From positions 52,080,001 through 52,144,000 of the forward strand of contig CM060731.1 in the NCBI GenBank assembly GCA_030704615.1: 64,000 nucleotides of DNA. Reading direction: 5' to 3'. This stretch comes from Takakia lepidozioides. Lineage: Eukaryota; Plantae; Bryophyta. This document shows, one piece after another, positions 12,851-24,684 of this stretch (position 1 is its first letter; the number at the start of each line of letters is the position of its first letter). A program made the position numbers and the translations under genes. Under the pieces are notes generated by a model, which saw only the letters and a program-made list of their open reading frames with translations, made no database searches and was not told the origin of the DNA.

Positions 12851-13356
12851 TAAAACCGTCTTGTACTGGTGGCTGGAACTGGCACGCGTCGTGTTCCAGT
12901 CGACTTCATCCGTGCGAACGTGTCAGGGGTCACAATCTCTTCATCACCCATACGGCAAAAAGTGTGGACGGTGGCAACGCTTCGGGAGACGTGGCTGCTT
13001 ACGCATCTGCTCGTGCATAGTGGTTGCATGTTCCACCGCTTCGCTCTCTCGCTCCCTTGCCCTTCTGCAGTGACGTTCTCCTGCGTTTCCTCTCCTTATG
13101 CGGCATAGTGGTAGCATAGAGTTTGTGGAAGGTCAGGCGACTCCGGCAAAGAGGAGGACGCGGGATTTTGGGAAGCCGCCGACGACACGACTTAAGCTCC
13201 GTCTCATGCATGAAATGCAGACCTCGTTATCCGGAGACTCGGATCGCCCACCAGTGAGAGATTCGTGCTTCGCGGATGTGAAGCACTCCATACGCAATAT
13301 TCCTTTTACACCTTTTTTTTGGCGTGCAGTGTCTCATGTTTTCCTGTTTGTTTGAC

Positions 13357-16300
13357 ATGGGAGCTGGGGAGGGATCGCAGGGGGGCGAGGCAACACAGTC
13401 AACTTTGGATACTCCTGCCCGGGTGCTGCGCTCACAAGGTGGAAGTGCATCGAGGCAGACGAGTCCTCATTCAACACCTCAGATATCGCCTCCGAAAAGC
13501 CCACCTAGAGTTCGGAAGCCGAGAAAGCAGAAGGAGCCCATGGCTTCGCCAGTAAAACCCCTAGGGAGACTGGAAGCGGAGATATTGGGTTTGCAGTCAA
13601 TTTCAGAAAACACAGATGCGGTGGAGGCCGCTGGAGATGTGGGAGTCGGATCTGCAGAAGGGCGGCCCATTCAACTGACAGAAGGAGAGGACGATAACGT
13701 GGTACGACTTGGCGACGATCAAACCTGCTGGAGCTTGCGGAGGAGCAAAACCTCCAGGACAGTACACAGGCTGGTGAGAGGGGTGAGGGAAGTGACAGAG
13801 GTGATACAAGTAAGAAACTGGTGGCGGGTATGCTCATGAGCGCACGAGACATGAACATAGCAAACAGGTTGCTGGCAGAGACTCATAGCAACATAGGCCG
13901 CGTTTTGGGCTCCATGGTGTATCCGGAGAACCTCAAAGTTCCTTTGTGTCGCATGGTAAGCCTTCCAGTTGTAAGGCAAGCACTGCCAGGGGATATCGAT
14001 CGACTGAAGCACAACTTCAGAGAAGGGTACAGACGGGGGTCGGCAGCATTACGTTTCCATTGAGAATGACCAGGGTGTCACAAGGGGCCCCACTGCAGAG
14101 GAGCTTCAGAATTGGGGCCCCCACTGGCACACTGTTAATGCCGAGTTTGAAGCCTATCTGAAGACTAATCCCACATTTCGCACACATGGAAGGGAAGATG
14201 TTCTTCGTTTGGGACGGGAACCACAGGATGCTTGCCTGGACAGAGTACATTGCTGAAATGCATCCGCAAGATATCAGTTGGCATTACATGGTGGACTGCA
14301 TTGTCGTGAAGGTGGACGTCAGGGACAGAGGACTGTTGAAGGGTGCCATGGCGGATATAAATCTGTAAGTATACAATTACATCCTTGTGTACTGCCTATT
14401 GCGGCGCCGAAATAGGCAATGTTCACCACTGTCATGCACTCTATGAACTGGAAATTGGATTGCTGTGCCGAAATCATATTTTCATGTTGTTTTTTTTCTC
14501 CATGGCAGGGTAACAGAGAGGGCCTTCGTGGAAACTCATCTGGCACATACGCTCTACAGAGTGCAAGAAGTGGGGACAGCTCCGCTGACGGACTTCCAAA
14601 AGTCCCTCGATCCCGAGCTGTACAGGAAGTCCCTAGCGAAAGCAGATCGCACCTGGTACCGACCAACACTGGACGCCATGGTGGAGATCCTCTATTCGGT
14701 GAGGTTCATCTCAAATTTCAGTATCAATTTAATGTTATTTGTTGCAGGGATCCGTGGCCTGACTGTATCTGCTGGGTATGGGAATGCAGACGAACATCAG
14801 GGATGACTTGGCCTATGCCAAAAGGCAGTTCTTTGAGAATGATGCCCCCAACAAGGCGGACGCGTCGATAGAGAGTCATATTGTGCAGGCAGGGAAGCAA
14901 TCCCGGACCAAGTACAGGTCCAAACTTGTTAAGCAAGTTGCAATCGCTGACCCTGGTCTTGGTGCCGAGTTTCCTGGCGGAGATAGGACTGCATTACTCC
15001 AGACCCATGAAACCGGAAATGTCCATGGAGAAACTTCATCACATCGCAGTGTCCTGTGTTGAGCCGGCGGAGAAGGTAAGCATGTGTTTATTCTTGTTTT
15101 GTGACTTCTCGCGATTCTTATGTTGGAGTTCTTGTCTGACCGATGTGAGGTGGCTGCAGACGAGGTGGCTGCGAATCTGGAACGGCCATACAAACACGAA
15201 GCTGCTGTACCACTTTCCCATCGAGCCAACAGACGACAAAATGAACGACTGGCTCAATGTCATGACTTGGTGGCATCAGGTATAATTTTCTCCTATTCTG
15301 TGTTGGACATCGTCGCAATTTCAAAATCATGAATGTTTTGGAAACCTGCCATGATGCAGGTACTGACCCACGCCCAGGAGCAATTGGACTGCAACACCAC
15401 CACTTTCAAGTTACAGATCGACTGGACGAAGCTGAGACAATGGAGAACTACGTGCAGTCGTGGCGAGGGCGCTTCGCAAACCTCTTTTTCAGAGAAATTG
15501 CAAAGGCAAGACGCAGCGTATACATCGAAGAGCAGGAGGGTGCCGACAAAGCGGCAATGCGTGTCCTGTTCAGGTAATCTGCTGACAATGCATCCCCCTA
15601 TTTGCAGTTTAGATGATTTGGTTAAGCAGCGATGGATATTGCGGCGCCGAAATATACCTCTGCAAGATGTGAGTTCTGGGTAATTGGGGCACGGTCCACT
15701 CCGTATTTCGGTGCCGAAATACCTTGTGCATTGACAACTTCCACTTGCATGATGCATCGGTAGAATGATTTTTGTTGAACTGCCTCGTGATTGCAGGTAC
15801 ATAAACTTTGCACTCATTCCGTCCGGAGCCATTCAAAGGGTTCCACCATTCTTCCTGGCGTGGAGGACACCTGGAGGTCGTGGAACGATGTACACAGAAG
15901 TAATGGGAGTGGCATGCCGATTTGGTAGACTGCCCCTGGTGTGGATCTCCCAAGTGGGACCGTTGACCTCTCGGAGGTTAACTTGAAGAAGGAAGCGAAT
16001 GCCAGGGCTATGAAGGCGCAATCGGATCCCCAACCAGAGGACGCGGAAAGACTGAAAGCAGAGGAGGCAGCCAAGCAGAAAGCACTGAGAAAGTCAGCCA
16101 CAGCGTTGGCGAAGGAGCAGATGGAGAAGCAGGCAGCTGAGCAGCCCAAGGACAGGAAGAAAAGAACGCGCAAACAGGGGCAAGAGACGAAGACCCCCAC
16201 ACCCAAGAAGAAGAAGAAGCAGCAACACAGTCAGCCAGATGAGGAGGATTCCGACGACGATTTCCAGCAGGAAAACACCCAGGGGGCCACACCTCGTCCG

Positions 16301-18239
16301 AAAATTCACAAGGGCCAGCGCTCCGGGGGGTCGGCTGCGAAGAGATCACTATACGAGGATGCACCTGGCAGACCCTACCGTGCGGTGCACATTGCGGGCA
16401 GGGAAGTCCTCAAAAACACCACAATTGTGGAGTGTGTTAATGAAAATTTCCTAACTGCTCTGACCAGAAGGCTGGAGATAACGAGATTGAGGAAGGCGAT
16501 CGAGGCCCACCAGGGGAAGGGGAAGAGGAAGGCCACTGGCAATGATATGGAGGACACTCCTGGCTACACAAAGATGATGGAGTATTTTGTGGCGATGAGC
16601 CACGGCAAAAAGAGCACAGTCGGGGGCAGGGCGGTGTGAAAGCCTCCATCGACATGATCCTTGTGGGATATCCCGGATGGGCACTGGGGCTGGGCTCAGT
16701 TCCCTGGTGGAACAAGTACGACGAAAGATACTGGAGCCACACATTCGGGTTCGCAGCCAACATGTTGGACGACGTTGGCTGTGTTGTTGTGCTAGCAGCC
16801 GATGGAGAAGTCACTGAGAATGATATCAAAGTATGGACGGGGAGAAGTGCAGCACCCATCCTGAAAAAGATCTGGACTTGCATCAACACGCAGGGTCTTC
16901 TCACGATGGCCAGAAGGTATGCTGTGGTTCTCCTCTGCTATGTCAATTTCTGCGCCGAAATTGCCCTGTACGTGTAGGCCACCTCTGACGTTTTCATTTC
17001 CTTCTCTGCAGACTCTTATCTTTCAGGCATTTTGCTTCGTGAAGGAACATTCGAAATTCAAATTACGTGAAGCAGGAAGACTTGTTGATTCCACAGTTGA
17101 TCCACTGGAGTATAACGTCCTGTTCAACCATGTGGGAGAGAAGGACATTCTTTGTGATTTGTCGGGCAAGCCATGGAGGTATGGCAGGACCAGGAGTCCT
17201 GCATTCATCCAGACGCTCATGGAAACGTGTACGGATGTTGAAGGCAGGGTCCTTGACGTCACTGCAAATACAGGTGAGAACGTTAATTGAATGCGGCACG
17301 AAATTGACACCATTTCCGTTTCTGTATGTTTGCTTGTGCGAGGAAGCGACTCATTCTTGAGTTTGGCTGTGGTTGTGTCGTATGAATTCGCAGGTGCCTG
17401 TATGTGGGCGGGAAGGATGTCGAACCGATTTGTGTTCTCATTTGAGGGGGATACGGCCTTGTACGATTACAATTTGGCGGGCCTTCAGCGTCTGCCTCCG
17501 ACTGAGGATCCCAAAAACAGAAGAGGACGTGGAAGAGAGGAGGAAGATGAAGAGGAGGAAGTCCGGGAAATTCGTTCGATGCAGGGGCGCCCGAAGCCGC
17601 TTCCCCCCAATGCCTGTCTTCGAGTGAGTTGCACCATAGTAAGTGTATTGGTTTCGGTTGTAGGGACCATGCAACCTGCCGATGATTTCCCTGTTTGAAT
17701 TCTCTAATGTACTTCATTCTATGTTTGTGCGTACACTCAGCCTTGCAGAGTCGTCCGACGAGGAGAAGCTGGGAGACTTGCTCGAATCGGACCCTGTTGC
17801 AGAGGAGGAGACAGAATCGCATCGGCCATTCTTTGCCAGAAAATCGTTTCTCGCGAGTCCCCAGAAGCCCTTTTTTCTACCAGCCTATGCAGACACGGCT
17901 GCCAAAGAAGCCATCAGGAGGGAGGATAGGCCTACTCGGTTAGAGCAATTGACATACGGGAATGAGCAGAGAATTATAATGAGGCGTGAGGCCAAACATA
18001 GAATTGTGAAAGGCAGAGTAGGGAAGTTCGTAATAGAATCCGCGTCCGAGAGCGAGGGGAATGTTGAGGACACTTCCGCACCCAGGTGGACAGTTCCGGC
18101 TGGTGAGGATGGTATTTTTGAGGGGAGGGCTTCTCAGAGTAGCGGTAGCGGCAGTGCAGGTTCGGAGGCAGGTGGAAGGCAGCCATCCTTGCATGAGGGC
18201 GGGGATGCATCGGACAGTGATAGCGGATCCTCACCATAG
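13357..18239 (+). CDS. Multi-exon gene: ParB/Srx-like domain, K/E/Q-rich linker, beta-class N4C/N6A DNA methyltransferase-like domain, acidic tail (several frameshifts as assembled)
   Basis: FVWDGNHRMLAW (GxxRxxA); SIDMILVGYP..WN (motif-IV position, degenerate); spliced GRVLDVTANTG-ACMWAGRMSNRFVFSFEGD (motif I). GT-AG introns 14365-14508, 14699-14789, 15076-15159, 15280-15359, 15574-15796, 16917-17011, 17274-17393, 17624-~17745. Confidence 0.75.
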
Positions 18240-18483
18240 CAAAGTCTCATTTGGATCCTTTTGTTGTACAGTTCTGAAACACTTAATGAAATATTGACGA
18301 TTTGAAAAATCATTGTGTTTCAGACTGCTTGTCCATTCCCTACATTTCTTCCGCCAACCAAAATCTATAATAAAAGCAGAAGAGACGCAAACTTCAGTGA
18401 AGAACCCTACAAGTAATTTATGCACACCATCGAGCCGGGAACTTGAAGCCATGAAAACCCTGCCGTTTCTAACATTCCTATTG

Positions 18484-18930
18484 GGAAATTTGGCGCCGAA
18501 ATAGCCCAGTTTGCGCCTTCGTTATATGGGCCTCAAAAATTCCACGGATGAATTACTGCACCAAAATATCGCGATGGAAGCCTTCAGCACAAGGCACTTC
18601 ACCACATTCCACTTGGGTATTTCGGCGCCGAAATAGCCCGTTCTGCGCCTTTAAATACCGCACTATATCACATTTTAAGAGGTAATTTCGGTGCCGAAAT
18701 ACCCCGGTGGATGTCTTCAAAACACCATTTTAGCACACTGCTCTTGGGAATAACGGCGCCGAAATCCCTCATTCCGCATCCTGGACCAGGAGAAACAGAC
18801 CCTATTACCGAGGTAAGAGGACATAACACCGTCAATAAAGGCAGGAAAATTCCAATTCCGCGGATGCCCGCTCATGAGCTCATAGGCTCATAGGCTCATG
18901 GGCTCATGCGCTCATGAAATAGTAAACCTC
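18484..18930. repeat. Right subterminal region and terminus of B
   Basis: Dispersed TTTCGGCGCCGAAATA, GACCCTATTACCG, GCTCAT repeats, then GAAATAGTAAACCTC. Confidence 0.8.
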
Positions 18931-18964
18931 GATGCCTATCACATCTGGTTGTTCATGACCCAGT

Positions 18965-18982
18965 TCCCCAGTATGGTCGCCA
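18965..18982 (-). promoter_or_regulatory. Primer-binding site TGGCGACCATACTGGGGA (resembles Arg-type PBS)
   Basis: Starts 2 nt from the LTR end; identical site at 26656-26673. Confidence 0.75.
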
Positions 18983-18984
18983 AA

Positions 18985-19947
18985 TGTCGAGCGGCTTTTA
19001 CTCACCCATCCCTTAGCTATCCGAGGTGGAAACTCCAAGATAGAAGAGTTGGAAATCTCTAAGTACTCTGCTCGCTCAGAACAATCAGTCATGACCTACA
19101 ACTAGTGTATCATGGGGGTGCTTTCTATTTGTATTCCTTCTCGCATTCATGTTAGCAATTTACCTTACTGTCTATGATTAAGTATCAGATTACTTCTGCA
19201 ATCTACCATGTTCCAACTACTCAGGCATTCATTCCACAGCTTCACTCGTATCTCTCTACACGGTGTGAGTATGAAGTATGTATCAGATTAATATCTATCA
19301 AGTATCAGGCTGAAGCCATGGTGTCTCTAATCTACTCTACATTACAATTCTACAGCTTGCATTCATCAAGTATCAACAGATCGTCTCTTCTCCTACTCCG
19401 TGCTCTTTATCCTTCCCCTCCCCTCAGAAATGCGCTCTCCCCTTTATTTCCAAGCCATCATGCCAGAAGTCCCCCTCCCAAGAAGTGATCCCCAGACGTC
19501 CCCGCTCTTCGCTTTTTCTACCTACAAGCTGTTCTAACCACTTTCCTCACTAACCGTCATCCCTGTAGTACACATTCCTTTTTCAGATGTCGTTCCCCCA
19601 CAGTCGTTCCCTGCCAATGATAACTGTCCCCCAGCTGTGCCGAGCTGTGACTGGCTGTGTCGGGCTGTGTAGGGCTGTGCAAAGCTATGGCGGCTGTGTC
19701 GGCTGTGCGAAGCTGTGGCCGGTTGTGTCGGACTGTGACGGGCTGTGTTGCGGGCTGTGCGAAGCTGTGACGGCTGTGGTGACTGTGTCGGCTGTGTTGG
19801 ACTGTGATGGATTGGGTCGGGCTGTGTATCTCCCCCTTTAAAGCCTGTTGCTGTCACCCCTAAGGCTCCTGTTGGTCAGTCTGTGTAAAAATTAAGGGTA
19901 CCCCACAGATCCGTAAAAGCGTCTAAGTCCCAAGCAGCCCTCTAACA
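18985..19947 (-). mobile_element. 5' LTR of the extra-ORF gypsy family; internal region cut by element B
   Basis: TGTTAGAGGG..TCGACA termini, adjacent PBS, homology to LTRs at 23881, 26676 and 35817. Confidence 0.9.
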
Positions 19948-19990
19948 GGTGGTTCCCTCCAAGAAACAAGAACAAGAAATTAGAAGAGTT

Positions 19991-22900
19991 ATGAGCGGAA
20001 GAGTCGGGGTGGCTCCGAATAACCAGCGTCTCGACGGGAGGGGTAATCAAAGCTATAGCTTTGTAGCTATGGCGGATATTACAGACTATACGCTAGCTTT
20101 ACTTCTCACGTAGTGGCGCAAGGACGGACGGGTTGAAAGGACATTCTCTCTCACCCACTATCTACAAGCCCCACAGGCTTACACGCACTTACCCATTCCT
20201 TTTTGTGCCAACCATACATTTATGCTCTATGCCCTGCAAGCTTTCCTACAGCTATTTCAAACAAGGCCTTCTTGTTTGTCTGGGATGAAGAGAATTAGGG
20301 AATGGATGATATCAGGGTGAAGAGCACCACGATTCTACAAAGCAAAACAATTGCTACACCACAGGCAGTGCAGCTGCTGAAGGAGTTGCGATTGGAAAGG
20401 CTGCTACGCAAGGAATGGTCTTTGCATCATCGAAACATGATCCAATTCATTCAGAACTTTGAGTCCCGGACAGGAGTAACACAGGTGAGGGGAGTAGATA
20501 TAGAGATTACTCCCCAGTACTTGCAGCAACTGTTTGAATTGCCATCTGGGCATGTGAATGTGGATGAATACAGGGCAAGATTGAAAATAGGGAATTTGTT
20601 CCAAGAAGCAAGTTTCTTTAAGACCCAAGGATACACCTGCACCAAGGCCGAGTACCCAGGGTTAAGGGAAGTTGGCCAAATACTGAACGTTCTGTTTGCC
20701 ATGAAGCAAAACCAATAGTACCTTAGCAGATCATTCACGGAGGAGATATTGAAAGCCTTGAGGGGAGAGGATGTAGCTTGGGCGGAGTTGATGTACAATG
20801 GTCTGGTGGAAGAGATGAATCGGTTACAGTGCACTGCTGCTAAGTCTCCGATCATTGTGTCTGGCCCCATAATTGCTCAAATTATTTTTTACTCTTGTTT
20901 ACTTGATGCGCGAGAACGCAAGGAGATGGGAGTGTTTGAGGCGGTCACAACTGCAATTGAGGAGCAGAGCTCTTCACAAGGTGAAAGGGGATTGGAGGGG
21001 CAGCATCAGTCCAAGAGGCAGAAGCGGGATACAACGATAGTGGTAGATCCATTAGCTTCAAGGAAACCGCAAGATGATGTTTCCATAGCTCTTGTGCATG
21101 ATGAGGAACACCAGCACGGGGGGTTGTGATTGCTGGAGGCACGGCCTTTGGAGAGGGAGGAAGAAGTCACCTCAGTACCACAGCCACCACAGCCAGTTGA
21201 CTCAGTTGTTTCAGGGGTCACTTCGTTAGTACATGCTGTTACACCCGAGCCTATTGCTGTGGAAGGAGAAGGGTTGGACATCCCCACTACAGAGCAGGTA
21301 GTGGCAGAAATTGAGAAGGGTGACCTTTTCTATGAAAACTCTGGCTTGGTCAGGGAACTAGTAGTGCCAAAGATGCAGCACTTGACCAAGGAAGTCCCTG
21401 CTGTGCATGTGATGCCCGAACCTGTGGAGGAGGTTCTAGGGGTACAAATTAAGGGCACTGCAGCACTTGTGGAGAATGAGGTCGTTCAGGAAGAAGATCT
21501 TGTGGGATCATGGCCTGAATGGTTGGTGAAACATCATACTATGGAGAATCAGGGGACCATCAACAAGTTTCCATGAAGACCCACACAGGCCATGCTTATG
21601 AGTTCCATAAGTAGGACACTCAATTGTTGGGCACTTATGTGAAATCCATGTTCCATCCACACAATTGGCAGCTTTGAGGGAGGAACTCAAGCAGGAATTT
21701 GAGGCTAGAATTGCCACTGAGTGTGCAAACAAGGTGGATCTGGAGGCCAACCTCAAGTTGCAGAAAGAGTTGGAGGACACGAAGGCTGCCCTGCAGTTAG
21801 CAAAGGAGAATCTGATTGAAGTGGGTCTGGAGCAGGAGAAGTTGCATGAAGTACATAAGCAACAGCTATACCAGTTGCAGGTGAAGCATGAGGGCAAATT
21901 TCAAGAAGTGAAGGTGCTACATACAAAGTTGGAGGCAGTTCATCAGAAAATGATCATCCAATGTGCCACACTAACAACTGCTCTGGAGCAAACTGCATTA
22001 GAAGTTAACATACAAGCAGAGAGGTGTATGATGGCGGAGGCTGAGACAGTAGAGCAAGGGAAACTCATTGCTGATTTGAAGGCTATTATCCGTCGCAATG
22101 AGGATACTTTCCAATAGTACAGTCACGTTGAGGCTGAGAAGGAAAGGTACATCCTGAAGTTGCAGCAAACACTCACGGGCCAAAAGAATGAACTCTCTGT
22201 GGCTAACAAGGCTTGGAAGGAAGCCAATAATATGACAGCTGCCTATGCGGCCCTGGTTGAACCTCATACAAAGCGCATGCAGGCTTTACAGCAGCAATTA
22301 GATATGTACAGACTCAAGGAGGAGCAGGCTCTTAGGGGTGCTACACAAGACTTGGTGGATGATCATCTTATGCAAGTATGGTTAACACAAGGGCAGGTGG
22401 AAGGGAAGGCACCAAGAAAGCTCACCCAGGGGGAGATGAATGATCTCAGGTTGCATGTGCAGAACATTGCCACAACTACTATAGACAATGTCTATAGTAG
22501 AATAGCGGAGTAACAGGATGATGTGGAAGGTCTGCAGACTCAAGTGGATGACTTGAGTTCCAACATTGACAAAAGAGTCTTTGTTCCTGAGGAGCAGCTG
22601 GTGGCTACTTATTTGCATGCCAGGACTCTGATTTTTTAGTCTTCATCACAGGAGGTGCAGGAGTTGCCAACAATAGGAGGGACAGTGGCGGCAATATCAC
22701 AGCCCCCACAGCAGGAGGCTGTGCAGGTGACTGACACTGTTGATACCATGGCAATGCCACAGTCTGAGGTTTGGGGGGATGCTGCTTTTAACCCACCTAG
22801 GACTTCTGCTGCACTTGAGTACAATCGGGCTATGATTATGCCCTTCAACCAAATTCCCATTGTGATGGATTTGGCTTGGAAGGAATTCAGTCCTCCACAG

Positions 22901-23800
22901 TCTTTGGCACACTATTACCAAATCATGCGCATTTGGTTGCCAGTGGCAACTCGGACTAAGGTTCTTCCGAACAACCGACCCATTGAGGATCATCATTTAG
23001 CACGGTACTGGTCTGAGGCAGGCACCATGGTGAAGGAATTAATTGCCTTCTAGGTTGTTCATGGGTACATGCTACACCAAGACCAAGGAGGTATCTAGTT
23101 TGGTTATGGGCTGTGGATTATACTATGCTGCTTGTTTCATTGCACATTATCACATTGAGCAGCAGAAGATGCAGTCAAGATTTCTGAGTTATTGCACTGG
23201 GGATCATTGAGTCTTACCTTCAGTTCCACCTCATATGTATCTGTATGATGCGAAAGTCATGTTGCAGAAAGATTCTCAACTTCGTTCATGGTTTAATTTG
23301 GCTTGGACCAACTTGACCAAGGAAAAAATTGGGCCTTGACGATATTTTCTATAAAGGACATGAGGCCTGAAAATATTTACACTGTTCCAAAGTCATTGAC
23401 ACACCTCTCACTATATGGACAAGGAATTCAGGGAGTACACTCATTTTGCTTGCAAGCGACTAATGCAAGTAGGACAGTTTAAGCTTCCAGACATGGTGGG
23501 CCAACACTGTATGCCACGTAGAATTCCGGAGAAGCCACTTAAAGTTCGGCCACCGAAACACCTTAGGGGGGAAGATGATTCTGATACTACTGGTTCTACG
23601 GAGGAACCTTTTGACATGGCGGAGGACTATGCACTACAGATGCCGAGAAGAAACGACGGGGATCTCCTATGCCTGAGAGGTTACCTCGTTATCAACCACA
23701 GGGGGGTCAGACATTTCCATTTGGTGTTCAATCGCCTCCATCAGCCAGTGACAAGGCTCGGGCTCGCACACAGAGCCCTCCAAAGGACTCTCACCGATAG
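19991..23800 (+). pseudogene. Retrotransposon 3' extra ORF, coiled-coil protein, copy 1 (many premature stops)
   Basis: Collinear with 31800-35700 and 55067-59015; followed by PPT and LTR. Confidence 0.8.
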
Positions 23801-23861
23801 AAGGGTGCTCGCTCACAAAGGTTTGCTGATCCTAAACAGTAAACCGTAAGGACACGGCTTT

Positions 23862-24684
23862 TTGAGAGGGGGAGGGGTTATGTTAGAGGGCTGTCTGGAA
23901 CTTAGACACTTTTACGGGTTCTGTGGGATACCCTTAATTTTTGCGTAGACTTACGATAGTAGACTTAGACCAACACAGGCTTAGGGGGTGGTACACAAGG
24001 TTGCACAGTCAGTCACAGCCATACACAGTCTTACACAGCCCGACACAGCCTTACACAGTCTGTCACAGTCAATCACAGCCTATCACAGTTAGTCACATTC
24101 TATCACAGCCCGACACAGCTTCGCACAGCCAGTCACAGTTCGACACAGCACGACACAGCACGACACAGCTTTACACAGCCAGTCACAGCCCGATACAGCT
24201 TGGCACAGCCGTCACAGCGTACATAGGGAACGGTTATCATTGGCAGGGAACAACTGTGTGGGAACGACATCTGTAGAGGGAACGTACTTATTTCTTGGGT
24301 GACAGTTAGTTAGTTAGGCGGTTAGAACAGCTTGCAGATAAATTAAGCAGAGCAGTGACATGGAGGAGACTTATCGGGAAGCACTTCTTGGTCATTGACG
24401 AGAGGAGATTAGGCGGAGAGCAGGAACGGGAGCAATGATGAAGAGAACACGGTGAAGGAAGGGAGATGATCAGTAGATGCTTGATACATGCAAAGTTGTA
24501 GTGATATACCGTAGAGCAGGAGGGACACCATGGCTTCGGCCTGATATGTGATAAGTCTTAATCTGATACTTATTCAATACAAACACACTATGTAGAGAGA
24601 CTTGAGTGAAGCTGTGGAATGAATGGATGTGTGAATGGAACCTGAAAGATACTGAAGCAATCTGATGCTTAAGTATACACAGTA
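23862..24684 (+). mobile_element. Polypurine tract plus truncated 3' LTR (LTR starts 23881)
   Basis: GAGAGGGGGAGGGG precedes TGTTAGAGGG; near-identical inverted copy at ~26857-27699; breaks at 24684. Confidence 0.88.

Larger units (their letters stand above)
5612..18930 (-). mobile_element. Large (~13.3 kb) MULE-type transposon family B: transposase plus divergent ParB/MTase-like cargo gene
   Basis: Right end CTCATGAAATAGTAAACCTC matches the end of A copy 2 and abuts retroelement sequence; ATGAGCTCATGAGCGGGCAT (~5676-5695) is inverted at ~18864-18883; one palindrome variant throughout; left boundary (5612-5650) and TSD unresolved. Confidence 0.7.

Noticed and set aside
5603-18939. 9-bp TSD for element B (CATGCTCAT versus GATGCCTAT)
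   Set aside because: Only 6/9 match, and the right flank is retroelement sequence homologous to ~26622
23941-24276. H/S/T/Q-rich ORFs in LTRs (also 19534-19857, 27283-27639, 30990-31658)
   Set aside because: Readouts of CACAG repeats
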